A stretch of 64,000 nt of DNA from an uncultured Gemmatimonadales bacterium (GTDB lineage Bacteria; Gemmatimonadota; Gemmatimonadetes; Gemmatimonadales; GWC2-71-9). The notes below the pieces were generated by a model. That model did not search any database and had not been told where the DNA came from. It saw only the letters and a program-made list of their open reading frames with translations. Positions 55,830-64,000 of the stretch are shown piece by piece; the stretch's first letter is position 1, and every line of letters starts with the position of its first letter. Position numbers and translations under genes: made by a program. The DNA lies in contig CAWJVX010000001.1 in the NCBI GenBank assembly GCA_963846435.1, positions 424,454 through 488,453 of the forward strand, written 5' to 3'.

Positions 55830-56860
55830 GACAACCGCCGCAGCCCCTTACCCGCGACCGTGTACTTCACCTCATCCAGCGGATGAAGAGCAGCCGCGTG
55901 GTGGTGGTGGGCGACATCATGCTCGATCGCTATCTCATCGGGGATACCGAGCGGCTCTCGCCCGAAGCCCCGGTGCCGGTGGTGACGGTGCGGGAGCGCC
56001 ACGCAGCACTGGGCGGTGCGGCCAACGTGGCCGCCAACGTCGTCGCGCTGGGTGCGCGCTGCCTGCTGGTCGGTGCGGTCGGGGACGATGTGGATGGGGC
56101 GTCCATCCGCCAGGAGCTGGCGGTCGCGCGGCTGGAGGATCGCCACGTCCTCACCATCGCGGGCCGGCCCACCACCTCCAAGACCAGGATCATCGCGCGG
56201 GCCCAGCAGATCGTTCGGATCGATGACGAGGTCGATTCGCTGCTCGACGGGCCCGATCTGGTCCGGTTGACGGCAGCGGCACGCGAGGCGCTCGCCGATG
56301 CGGACGCCCTGCTGCTGGAGGACTACAACAAGGGAGCGCTGCCTCCCGGGCTTATCATGGCGGTGATGGAGATCGCCAAGCGGAGGGGCATCCCGGTCGT
56401 CGTCGACCCGAAGTACCGCCAGTTCTTCCAGTATTCAGGGGCCACGGTCTTCAAGCCCAACCGGCGGGAGCTGGAATCCGCCCTCGGCGCGGCCGTAGAC
56501 CTTCAGAACGGGAATGCGCTGCCGGAGGTGCTGAACCGCCTCAAGGTGGACAATCTGCTGGTGACGCTCGGCCCCGAAGGCATGGTGCTCGTGACCAAGG
56601 ACGGCGGCCTGACCCAAATCCCGAGCATCGCCCGCCAGATCTACGATGTGTCCGGCGCCGGCGACACGGTGACCGCCTGGCTGGGAACGGCGCTGGCCGC
56701 CGGTGCCTCGGTCCGGGAGGCCGCTCAGCTTGCCAACTACGCCGCCGGGGTGGAGGTCGGAAAGCCGGGGGTGGCCACCGTATCGCCGGAAGAGGTCCTG
56801 GCAGCCCACGAGGAGCGATTCGATCAGATTGGGAAGCTACGGAGGGGAGGGCTGATCTAG
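55826..56860 (+). CDS. D-glycero-beta-D-manno-heptose-7-phosphate kinase (RfaE/HldE domain I, PfkB family)
   Basis: VVVVGDIMLDRYL.G...R.SPEAPVPVV and GAGDTV motifs. The ATG overlaps the upstream stop (ATGA). Confidence 0.8.
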   Translation: MRQPPQPLTRDRVLHLIQRMKSSRVVVVGDIMLDRYLIGDTERLSPEAPVPVVTVRERHAALGGAANVAANVVALGARCLLVGAVGDDVDGASIRQELAVARLEDRHVLTIAGRPTTSKTRIIARAQQIVRIDDEVDSLLDGPDLVRLTAAAREALADADALLLEDYNKGALPPGLIMAVMEIAKRRGIPVVVDPKYRQFFQYSGATVFKPNRRELESALGAAVDLQNGNALPEVLNRLKVDNLLVTLGPEGMVLVTKDGGLTQIPSIARQIYDVSGAGDTVTAWLGTALAAGASVREAAQLANYAAGVEVGKPGVATVSPEEVLAAHEERFDQIGKLRRGGLI

Positions 56861-56873
56861 GCGATGGGCCCCC

Positions 56874-58007
56874 CTACACCTCCACGCCGGTCCCGAACCC
56901 CAGCCACACCCGCCAGGTCTCCTTCACGTCCTCGATGTAGCTGCTCAGCCGCCCCGCCGCCTCGGCGTAGGCCGGAGCGAGCTCAACCGTCCCGGATACG
57001 GCCATGCGTTCGCGTACCCCTTCCGCGCACTCCTGGAGCGCCAACTCGGCGAGTCGTTCCTTGCTCCAGGACTTGGGCGCGCGAACGCCACATTGCGCCA
57101 GAAAGCCGAGCAGGTCTCGCCGGGTCCAGCCGGCCAACCAGGCTGCCAGGTCCGAGGCCGGGATTACCAGGCCACTTTGCAGGATCAACCGGGAGGAATT
57201 GTCCACATCCAGGCCCCGCCGGCGGGTCTCATGGCGGCTCAGGCTGGCCAGAGTGCGGGGGACACCGGGGTCGGCGCTGAGATGGCGCAGCGCATCCACC
57301 GCATGGGCGCGCGTGCCCAGCGGCAGGGAGGCCAGGGTACTGAGCATGGATTGGAAACCCGAATCCCGGGGGGGTAACGGGGAACGGATCGCATCCAGGG
57401 CCAACGGCGCCCAGCACGCCCAGTAGTCCATTCCCTGGCCCATTTCGCCCACGAACTCGTTGCGACGCTCCACCAGGACCGGAGAGCCGATGAGCCGGAA
57501 GCTGTGGGGGGCCATCACGGCGGCCGTAAAATCCGCCGCCTCCCCTGCCATGATGAAACCGGAAAAGGTCTCGTGCGCCGCCAGCATTACCAGCAACACC
57601 CGGAGGTCGAGGTAGGCCTCGGTGGTGCCGTCGGACAAATATTGCGACAGTGGCGCCGACATCACCGCCCGCACCAGCTCACTGTAATGTCCCTGGATCA
57701 GGTCTCCGTTGCCTTCGGCCGGGTTGGCACGGCGCACTCGCCAGAGGTACTCGCTCAACCCATCGAAGTCGTGGCGCCGCACCCGCTCCCTGAGCCAAGG
57801 GGAGAAGTCGGCGCAGGGTACGCAACTAGACGGGTTGTGGGTCCGGGACAGACAGCCAAACTCGCGATGCCCACGGCCGGCGGCAAAGCTCAGCAGATCG
57901 CAGGAGCTTGGATCGTCGGCGGTGAGGACGGCGGAGTCTCGGAACGACGCGAATGTCAACATTCTATCCAGGTTGAGAAGCTCTGGAATGTTTTCCAGAA
58001 AAGCCAA
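56874..58007 (-). CDS. hypothetical protein (377 aa, orphan)
   Basis: Long ORF with genome-typical GC3 lying directly 3' of tRNA-Val. No family recognised. The C-terminal LLGFLAQCGVRAPKSWSKERLAELAL faintly resembles a SAP/HeH helix pair. Confidence 0.5.
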   Translation of the reverse strand: MAFLENIPELLNLDRMLTFASFRDSAVLTADDPSSCDLLSFAAGRGHREFGCLSRTHNPSSCVPCADFSPWLRERVRRHDFDGLSEYLWRVRRANPAEGNGDLIQGHYSELVRAVMSAPLSQYLSDGTTEAYLDLRVLLVMLAAHETFSGFIMAGEAADFTAAVMAPHSFRLIGSPVLVERRNEFVGEMGQGMDYWACWAPLALDAIRSPLPPRDSGFQSMLSTLASLPLGTRAHAVDALRHLSADPGVPRTLASLSRHETRRRGLDVDNSSRLILQSGLVIPASDLAAWLAGWTRRDLLGFLAQCGVRAPKSWSKERLAELALQECAEGVRERMAVSGTVELAPAYAEAAGRLSSYIEDVKETWRVWLGFGTGVEV

Positions 58008-58058
58008 CTCGGCAAGGGGTTTGACACGCAGGGGGACCCGGAGGGCACAACCAGCGAG

Positions 58059-58132
58059 TGGGCGATGAGGGGCTCGAACCCCCGACCTCGCGCATGTGAG
58101 GCGCGCGCTCTAACCAGCTGAGCTAATCGCCC
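58059..58132 (-). tRNA. tRNA-Val (anticodon CAC)
   Basis: GGGCGAUUAGCUCAGCUGGUUAGAGCGCGCGCCUCACAUGCGCGAGGUCGGGGGUUCGAGCCCCUCAUCGCCCA folded by hand. CCA is not encoded. Confidence 0.9.
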
Positions 58133-58215
58133 GGGCAGTTCGGAAGGGGGATTCTAAGCTGACGGGATGAGCCAGGCAAGCACCACCTATCCCTGAGTGG
58201 ATCATGGAATTGCGT

Positions 58216-59745
58216 CTAGGGTCCCCCAACGGTGATCGTGACGGTGGCTGGGTTCGAGAGGGACCCGTCACTGGCTGCGTAGGTGAAGGTATCGCTTCCA
58301 GAGAAGCCGGCGTTGGGGGTGTAGTTGAATGAGCCGTCGCTTGCCAGCGACAGCGTCCCATTAGTAGTGGGGTTCACAATGGCGGCGGTGACATTGTCAC
58401 CGTCCGGATCTGAGTCGTTCGCGAGTACTCCAGGCCCCGCAACAGTCAGGGGGACATCCAGGGCTGTCGCGTAACTGTCGTCGCCGGCGTCAGGGGCTTG
58501 ATTGGGTGGCGGAGGCGCCGGCGCCACGATCACATCGTGCTCGACTGTTCGCTCTGCACCATCGTTGTCGGTCACGGTGAGTCTTACCCGGTAGGTGTCA
58601 TCCGAGGCATAAGTATGGGTCGGGTTTTGCTGGCCGGAGGTTCCCCCGTCCCTGAAATCCCAGCTCCAGGCCACGATGGACCCGTCGCCGTCGCTGCTGC
58701 CGTCGGTGAACTGGCAGGCCTGGCCTGCTGTGCAGCTGGGCGGGGTGAATGCGGCCGTCGGTGGCTGGTTCGGCGGCGCGGTAGGCTTTGCGTCGCGAGT
58801 CCGGCTGTCGGGAGCCCCGTCATCATCCGATATGGTGAGCGTCACGTTGTATGAGCCCGGTGCACTGTACGAGTGCGAGGGGTTCTGGATGTCGGCGCTC
58901 TGGCCGTCGCCAAAATCCCAGTGCCAGCTAACCACACTGCCGTCATCATCCTTGCTCTTGTCCGTAAAGGTGCAAGTCAGGTTCGCGCAGCTGACCTCGA
59001 AATCAGCCTGGGGCGCCTTGTTAGGCGGCGGCGGCGGTCCGTTGACGGTCACGCTGTGCGACACCGTGCCGGTTGCCCCATCGTCGTCCCTGACCGTGAG
59101 GACCACTTGATAGGTGCCTGCCTGTCCATAGTTATGCGACGGGCTCCTGGCCCCGGAGGTAGCTCCGTCTCCGAAGTCCCAGCTCCAGTTCACGATGGTA
59201 CCGTCGGGATCGTTGCTTCCGCCCGAATCGAATGAGCACCCGAGGTTGAGGCAGCTGGAGGTAAATGCCGCCGTTGGCGCCTGATTAGGCAACGGCTGGG
59301 AGACGACGGTGTGAGGCTCCGTGTCCGAGCTCCCGGACAGACCCGGCCCGCCGGAGTAGGTGGCCGTGATGGTTCTCACGCCCAGGCCGCCCAGTCTCAG
59401 CGAGCAGCTCCCCACTCCGCCGGACAAGGTGCCGGTACAGGTCGCCGGCCCCCCACTGACCGTCACGGTAACGGTTCCCGTGGGGGTCGCGCCCGCCGAG
59501 GTGACCTGGAACTCGACCGGAAATTCCGAGTTCGCAACGGAGGGGTCCGGTAAGTCACGGGTGATGGTGGTCGTAGTTCCCAGGGCCGTGATGTCTATCT
59601 CGTTGGAGGTGACACCTGCCAGGCCGGACGCGGTAAAGAGCAGGGTGCGCGTGCCGGGGGCACCGGAGATCGAGAGGTCGGTAAACGTCACGCGGCCCGG
59701 AGGCGTCGGTGGCGCTTCGAGTTGTGCCACCCAGGTCTCCGCCAC
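58216..59745 (-). CDS. C-terminal part of a giant surface protein: Ig-like region, 3 PKD domains and a cadherin-like domain
   Basis: Three repeats of WDFGDG...(S)H.Y...G.Y.V.LTV.DDDGA, then NQAPDAGDDSY...LANDSDPDGD...FTYAASDG. The apparent N-terminus continues the upstream ORF in another frame. Confidence 0.75.
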   Translation of the reverse strand: MAETWVAQLEAPPTPPGRVTFTDLSISGAPGTRTLLFTASGLAGVTSNEIDITALGTTTTITRDLPDPSVANSEFPVEFQVTSAGATPTGTVTVTVSGGPATCTGTLSGGVGSCSLRLGGLGVRTITATYSGGPGLSGSSDTEPHTVVSQPLPNQAPTAAFTSSCLNLGCSFDSGGSNDPDGTIVNWSWDFGDGATSGARSPSHNYGQAGTYQVVLTVRDDDGATGTVSHSVTVNGPPPPPNKAPQADFEVSCANLTCTFTDKSKDDDGSVVSWHWDFGDGQSADIQNPSHSYSAPGSYNVTLTISDDDGAPDSRTRDAKPTAPPNQPPTAAFTPPSCTAGQACQFTDGSSDGDGSIVAWSWDFRDGGTSGQQNPTHTYASDDTYRVRLTVTDNDGAERTVEHDVIVAPAPPPPNQAPDAGDDSYATALDVPLTVAGPGVLANDSDPDGDNVTAAIVNPTTNGTLSLASDGSFNYTPNAGFSGSDTFTYAASDGSLSNPATVTITVGGP

Positions 59746-60913
59746 CCGATCCGATTGCTACCGATACCTGAACCCCCGCGACGCCGACCTCGTGACCTTG
59801 GCCGTCTCGCAGCTGGATGACCGGTTGCCGTCCGAACGCCACTCCGTTTCGGGCAGACCCGGAGGGCTGGGTCCGGATCGACAGCGCAGTTGGGGCCCGC
59901 GAGGTGGCAGTGGCGCGGAAGGTGGCGACACCGACTCCCGACACCACGGCATCGAGTCGCTGGTCGCCGACGGTCTCGCCCAGGGTCCACCTGGCCGAGG
60001 TGAAGCCGCCGTCATCGGTGGTGCTGATTTCCGGGTCAGCGCTTCCACCCCCGGTTGCCACCACCCAGCTGACTGCCGTTGCGGGGATGCCGTTCCCGTC
60101 GGCGTCTACCAGCCGCACCACCAGGTCTGCTGAAAGCGCGGTACCAACGCTGGCCGACTGGCCGTTCCCCGAGACGACCGTCAGACGGGAGGCGTCCCCG
60201 GCCAGAGCGGTATGCACGAAGGTCACCGGAGATCCGGCGAGCCCCTGGGAGCTGGCTACCGTCGTCTGCTGCCCAACGGTGGGGCCCAGCGTCCGCTCTA
60301 CCCGAGACTGGCCATCCTCATCGGTCGCGACCACGGCGTCACTGACGCTTCCCCCTCCCTCAGCCACCCAGCTGATCGGTACCCCTTGAACCGGATTCCC
60401 GAACCCATCGGTGACTTTCACCACCAGCCGGTTGTCCAAGGCGGACCCTACGTGGCCGGTCTGGTCCTGACCTGCCACGGCCGCCATGCTGTTGGCATTC
60501 TCGGACAAGGCAATGGCGCTGAACACGGCCTGGACCGGGGGCCTCCCCTCCTGGGTGACCACCCGAGCGTTGCCGGTCTGACGTCCAACTGTGGTGCCCA
60601 GCACCAGCCGAGTGTCGGCCATCCCGTTGGCGTCGGTACTCTTTTCGTGGGGAACGATATTGGAGCCGGCGGAGGTGAGCTCGAAGGCGACGGTGGCGCC
60701 GGGTACCGGCCTGCCCCTGGTGTCGGTTACCTGAACCACGAGCGGGTCGTTCAGGGGCTCACCCACCCTGCCCTGCTGCCCATCACCGTCAAGGACGGTG
60801 ATGATCGCGGGTTCGCCGTCGTCCGGCAGAATGATCCCGTCGCCTCCCCCGCAGCCTCCAAGGAGTGTCAGGGAAACCAGCAGCGGCGTGAGGGCCGGCC
60901 TCTTTGATCGCAC
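59555..60913 (-). CDS. N-terminal part of the same surface lipoprotein: lipobox and about 4 Big(Ig)-like repeats
   Basis: MRSKRPALTPLLVSLTLLGGCGGG (lipobox), then repeated G..L...LVV.V.D..GNPV.G..V.F/W domains. The last 45 or so codons look out of frame. Confidence 0.75.
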   Translation of the reverse strand: MRSKRPALTPLLVSLTLLGGCGGGDGIILPDDGEPAIITVLDGDGQQGRVGEPLNDPLVVQVTDTRGRPVPGATVAFELTSAGSNIVPHEKSTDANGMADTRLVLGTTVGRQTGNARVVTQEGRPPVQAVFSAIALSENANSMAAVAGQDQTGHVGSALDNRLVVKVTDGFGNPVQGVPISWVAEGGGSVSDAVVATDEDGQSRVERTLGPTVGQQTTVASSQGLAGSPVTFVHTALAGDASRLTVVSGNGQSASVGTALSADLVVRLVDADGNGIPATAVSWVVATGGGSADPEISTTDDGGFTSARWTLGETVGDQRLDAVVSGVGVATFRATATSRAPTALSIRTQPSGSARNGVAFGRQPVIQLRDGQGHEVGVAGVQVSVAIGSGGGDLGGTTRSATDASGPRDVYRPLDLRCPRHAHPALYRVRPGRCHLQRDRHHGPGNYDHHHP

Positions 60914-61261
60914 GGTTTCGACTCTCGACGACGCCCGCAGGGCGTGAGATCGGTTGATCCTATTGCAACGGTCCCGGGCCCGCTGGGCGAACCCGTCGGG
61001 TGAGTAAACCTAAGGGCGGCATTGCGCTGAGGAAGTGACGGCGGTTACACCAACCTGGACGGCGAGGCGTGATCCCGGTACGGACCAGATAATGTGTGGG
61101 GGCGGTCGCTCAAGTGTAGTTTGCCGCGCGCCACACCTTTGCCGACCTAATGCGTATCTCATTGGCAGGATGGGGGTAGCCTCGTCGCACTTAGGGTCCC
61201 AATCTTGCGGCCTCACGAAAAATGACCGTGCGTCCGTGGCTACCCCTGCCCGGAGATCCCG

Positions 61262-62341
61262 ATGCAACCGCGTTTAGGTGTGCGTCCTCCAGTCGCTGCC
61301 TTCCGAACCCCGCAAAGCGCGCCGACTCTTCCGATTCTGGTGGTCCTGCTGCTCGCTGCCTGCGGCGACGAGGTGACCCGACCGAGCACGCCTCCGCTTG
61401 TCTCCGACGTTGCTGTCCTTTCGGCCGGAACCTGGGTAGCCAAGACACCCAGCCCATTCCGCACCCAAGGGGCAGTGATCGGCACGGTAACCAATGCGGC
61501 GGGGAGGCCCCTTCTTATCTCAGCGGGCGGGTTCACCCCTTTCATGAGAAGGGTCCTCCGTCGGGTGGAGGCCTATGACCCCAGAACCGATACGTGGTCG
61601 CGGCTGGCCAACCTGCCCGTTGGGTTCGCGGGCCAGGCCAGCGCCACCCTCAACAACAAATTTTATGTCATCGGCATCCGAACCCTGCGGGGAGGCTCCC
61701 GGCTGGATAACCTGTTCCCGAGACTCTATGTCTATGATCCGATCACGGACCAGTGGAGCCGCAAGGCCGACCTGCCGGCGCTGCTGTCTCAGGGCATCGG
61801 CTTCAGCGCGAACGGCCTGATTTACGCGCTGTGGGGCTCCTGTGATGAGTGCACGCTGGATTTACCCGGAGGCCGGCACACCGCACGCTTCCTGTTCAGC
61901 TACGACCCCGCGACCGATCGATGGACCCGCCGCGCGGATGCCATATACCGGCACCGTGGCGGCGGCGGTGCCATGATTGATGGGAAGTTCTACGCCGTCA
62001 CCGGCAACATCTCGCGGGTAGACCGACTCGAGGTGTACGATCCCGCGACCGACACCTGGACACCCAGGGCGAAGCCCCCGCGAACGGGGAGCAGTGCCGT
62101 GGCCGCGGTGGGTAAGAAGCTGTATGTCTTCGGAGGCGAGTTCGATGATCCCACCCGGGTCGATAGTTACGACGCCGCCAGCAACAAGTGGACGGTGGCC
62201 GCCCCCCTTCCCACCATCCCATTCTCTCGTGGCGCCGTCCGGTTCACCGTGGGTGGGATACCGCGCATCTTCGTACCCGGCGCCAGTCAGAGCAGCACTG
62301 GAGGTTCCATAATCGCCGTCAACGAAATGTTTACCCCGTAG
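61262..62341 (+). CDS. Kelch repeat-containing lipoprotein
   Basis: Lipobox VVLLLAAC. Five or six repeats of the type ...YV.GG......V..YDP.TD.W...A. Confidence 0.8.
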   Translation: MQPRLGVRPPVAAFRTPQSAPTLPILVVLLLAACGDEVTRPSTPPLVSDVAVLSAGTWVAKTPSPFRTQGAVIGTVTNAAGRPLLISAGGFTPFMRRVLRRVEAYDPRTDTWSRLANLPVGFAGQASATLNNKFYVIGIRTLRGGSRLDNLFPRLYVYDPITDQWSRKADLPALLSQGIGFSANGLIYALWGSCDECTLDLPGGRHTARFLFSYDPATDRWTRRADAIYRHRGGGGAMIDGKFYAVTGNISRVDRLEVYDPATDTWTPRAKPPRTGSSAVAAVGKKLYVFGGEFDDPTRVDSYDAASNKWTVAAPLPTIPFSRGAVRFTVGGIPRIFVPGASQSSTGGSIIAVNEMFTP

Positions 62342-62400
62342 TCCGGGCGGGCTGGGGGGCAAGAGTTGGGAGGAAGAGCGCGCTGAGGTGTAGGTCGGAA

Positions 62401-62437
62401 TGGGCCCTCTGGGATTCGAACCCAGGACCTCCGGATT
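62401..62437 (-). repeat. 3' fragment of the tRNA(CAU) gene (att-like direct repeat)
   Basis: 36/37 identity with 62932..62968 (T-arm, acceptor 3' strand and anticodon-stem 3' strand). No 5' acceptor, D-arm or anticodon loop is present, so it is not a functional tRNA. Confidence 0.8.
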
Positions 62438-62631
62438 CGAGGATGCGATCCGCCGTCCTTCAACGACGGTGATCGAGACGGTCAAGAAGCCGAAATCTAA
62501 GTAACTAGATCTCTACGAGCGGCGGCGTTGCTGTGAGAGGCGCGCCGCCCTCTCTGACTCTTGAATCATGCTTCGCGAATTCTGGTCAAGACTATATCGT
62601 GAAGCTGATCGAGGACGCGGAAGCAGCGCAA

Positions 62632-62739
62632 CTACCTAAACAGTTCCGGCCTGATCGTAATGAACAACCCTATCATAAGCCCGATTACCACTCCCATGAT
62701 TGTGCCGGCAGCAAGCATCTTTTTTTCGCTGGTCGTCAT
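62632..62739 (-). CDS. 35-aa single-TM hydrophobic peptide
   Basis: ATG at 62739 lies 5 nt after GGGAGG (62750..62745). It encodes MTTSEKKMLAAGTIMGVVIGLMIGLFITIRPELFR with a TAG stop at 62634..62632. It sits in the low-GC islet. Confidence 0.35.
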   Translation of the reverse strand: MTTSEKKMLAAGTIMGVVIGLMIGLFITIRPELFR

Positions 62740-62931
62740 TTCAACCTCCCAAAGGCATGGGAAACCCTACCACCGCCCTCGGCCTCTGCACACACAGATA
62801 GGGCACTGGTCGCTTTGTCATTGGAACCACCTCGGGAGAGGCACCGGGAGAGACATCGAGCGCCAACTGCACTAATAAGGGCGTTGACCGCTTTACCGCT
62901 AAGTGGTTGGAAGAAAACTGGCTACTGCTAG

Positions 62932-63005
62932 TGGGCCCTCTGGGATTCGAACCCAGGACCTACGGATTATGAGTCCGCTGCTCTAACCGTCTGAGCTAAG
63001 GGCCC
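62932..63005 (-). tRNA. tRNA with CAU anticodon (elongator Met or lysidine-type Ile2)
   Basis: GGGCCCUUAGCUCAGACGGUUAGAGCAGCGGACUCAUAAUCCGUAGGUCCUGGGUUCGAAUCCCAGAGGGCCCA folded by hand. It resembles E. coli ileX, but the identity is not decidable by eye. Confidence 0.9.
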
Positions 63006-63098
63006 CGCGGGCGGAAAAATCATTGACCATCATCGGTTTCACAAGACGGTTCCGCCTACCGGCCCTCTTCCTGCAAGCGAAAGCTCAAAACGGATCTC

Positions 63099-64000
63099 CT
63101 ATCTCGATTTGGCCACCCCTGCGAGGGTCACGGGCTTGGCCGCCTCAAAGTTCAGGTGCCATGCCGGGCGCTGCCGACTCGCGCGAGTTGCCGCCGCGAT
63201 GAACTGCTCAACCTGGTCTGCGGCTCGGAGCTCCATCGGCTGCTTCTCTCCGATCGAGCGGAGCACGAAACCCGCCGACAGCAGCAGCTGAAGGAACTCC
63301 GAGGGATCGGCTCCCATCTGCTGCAAGCCGTAGGGCCAGAACTCGAGCAGAATCCGCAGACGGGGCGCCGCCAGCAGCCGCTCGGCTCCGCGAAACGCCA
63401 GCAGCTCCGCCCCCTGCACGTCAATCTTCAAGACGTCAGGCTCGATCCCGCCATGCCGGGCGATAAACGAGTCGAGCGTCATCCCCGGAACCGCCTGGGA
63501 GTACGAGTCCCGGATCCCGGTCGCCTCCGTGTTCGCTCGCGCCAGGGAGTTGATGCTCGGATTGTTCTGGCTGAAATGAAGATCCACGTTGCCGTCACGG
63601 TCGCTGACCGCCACCTGCGCGACCACCACGTTCTCCAGCCCACGAGCCCTGAGGTTCCGGTGAATGATCTCCACGTTTCGAGGGTCCGGCTCCAGGGCGA
63701 ACACCCGTCCGGTGGGACCCACCGTCTCGGCAGCCAGTACCGTGTAGTATCCGATGTTGGCACCGACGTCATACACCGTCATCCCCGGTTTCAGCCGCGA
63801 GCGAAAGAGCTCGATGGCCTCCGGTTCGTATGCGCCCCGTAAGAGGATATTGCGGTTGAGCGCGCTGGAGGTCGCGGGCAGCCAGAACGGCCCGCCGAGA
63901 AAGGTGGTGCGATAGAGCCGGTCTCCGCGAAGTCGGGTGTATAACGGCGCGATAACCCGGCGTTTGAGCCGAGCATACAGTACCCCGGGGATGGCTCTCG
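63099..64000 (-). CDS. FkbM family methyltransferase (5' end beyond the window)
   Basis: YDVGANIGYYT, LEPDP and the FkbM C-terminal pattern. The frame stays open upstream of the track's ATG (63782) through to 64000 (...FLGGPFWLPATSSALNRNILLRGAYEPEAIELFRSRLKPG). Confidence 0.8.
   Translation of the reverse strand, partial: RAIPGVLYARLKRRVIAPLYTRLRGDRLYRTTFLGGPFWLPATSSALNRNILLRGAYEPEAIELFRSRLKPGMTVYDVGANIGYYTVLAAETVGPTGRVFALEPDPRNVEIIHRNLRARGLENVVVAQVAVSDRDGNVDLHFSQNNPSINSLARANTEATGIRDSYSQAVPGMTLDSFIARHGGIEPDVLKIDVQGAELLAFRGAERLLAAPRLRILLEFWPYGLQQMGADPSEFLQLLLSAGFVLRSIGEKQPMELRAADQVEQFIAAATRASRQRPAWHLNFEAAKPVTLAGVAKSR

Noticed and set aside
56851-56875. A possible att repeat of the tRNA-Val 3' end (GGCGATG..GG) that would define an island containing the 377-aa orphan gene.
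   Set aside because: The similarity is only about 9 nt with a gap, well within chance for this composition.
62401-62480. A possible additional tRNA gene.
   Set aside because: Only the T-arm, the acceptor 3' strand and part of the anticodon stem are present. No complementary 5' acceptor strand, D-arm or anticodon loop can be formed from the adjacent sequence.
62533-62931. 132-aa plus-strand ORF in the low-GC islet.
   Set aside because: No SD is present, the translation is compositionally odd (HRERHRERHR, PPPSASAH), and it runs antisense across the better-supported 35-aa ORF. It is probably non-coding.

Overview
This is a 64 kb window of a high-GC (roughly two-thirds G+C by eye) bacterial chromosome. 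The gene content (rny, hrcA, rex, Firmicutes-like hrcA-dnaJ-prmA-rsmE order) would fit a Gemmatimonadota-like lineage, but that guess is low confidence. About 40 kb (14.8-54.2 kb) is one uninterrupted minus-strand array of roughly 46 housekeeping genes. It runs recN-nadK-dxs-ispA-xseBA-folD-rny-zapA-pheTS-rplT-rpmI-infC, then rex-rsmA, an RsbV/W/U-type partner-switching trio, pta-coaD-rsmD-recJ-dnaG-mutS2-rpsU, and HIT-rsmE-prmA-dnaJ-hrcA-hemW-dprA-obg. Many of these genes have 1-4 nt start/stop overlaps. The left 14 kb holds small stress and unknown-function genes. The right 8 kb is accessory-like, with three tRNAs, a giant Big/PKD/cadherin-like lipoprotein, a Kelch lipoprotein, a tRNA-fragment direct repeat and a low-GC islet. 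I recognised no CRISPR array, transposase, integrase or known defence system. The best candidate for something new is a MerB-like (organomercurial lyase family) gene at 10406..11101. It has an in-frame UGA at the position of the second catalytic cysteine and an fdhF-like GGUC hairpin 12 nt downstream, so it may be a selenoprotein. Other notable items:
- a family of G/A-rich versus C/T-rich inverted repeats built from GACGG(G/A)AAG units, filling whole stop-to-start intergenic gaps and also sitting in frame inside mutS2
- an intrinsic terminator placed immediately before the infC ribosome-binding site, together with a likely CUG start
- a Rex operator
- two single-nucleotide frame breaks in envelope genes

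The ORF track takes the longest ATG/GTG/TTG ORF, so many starts were moved downstream by eye. All start coordinates are approximate. Most long alternative-frame ORFs in the track are GC-driven shadows.
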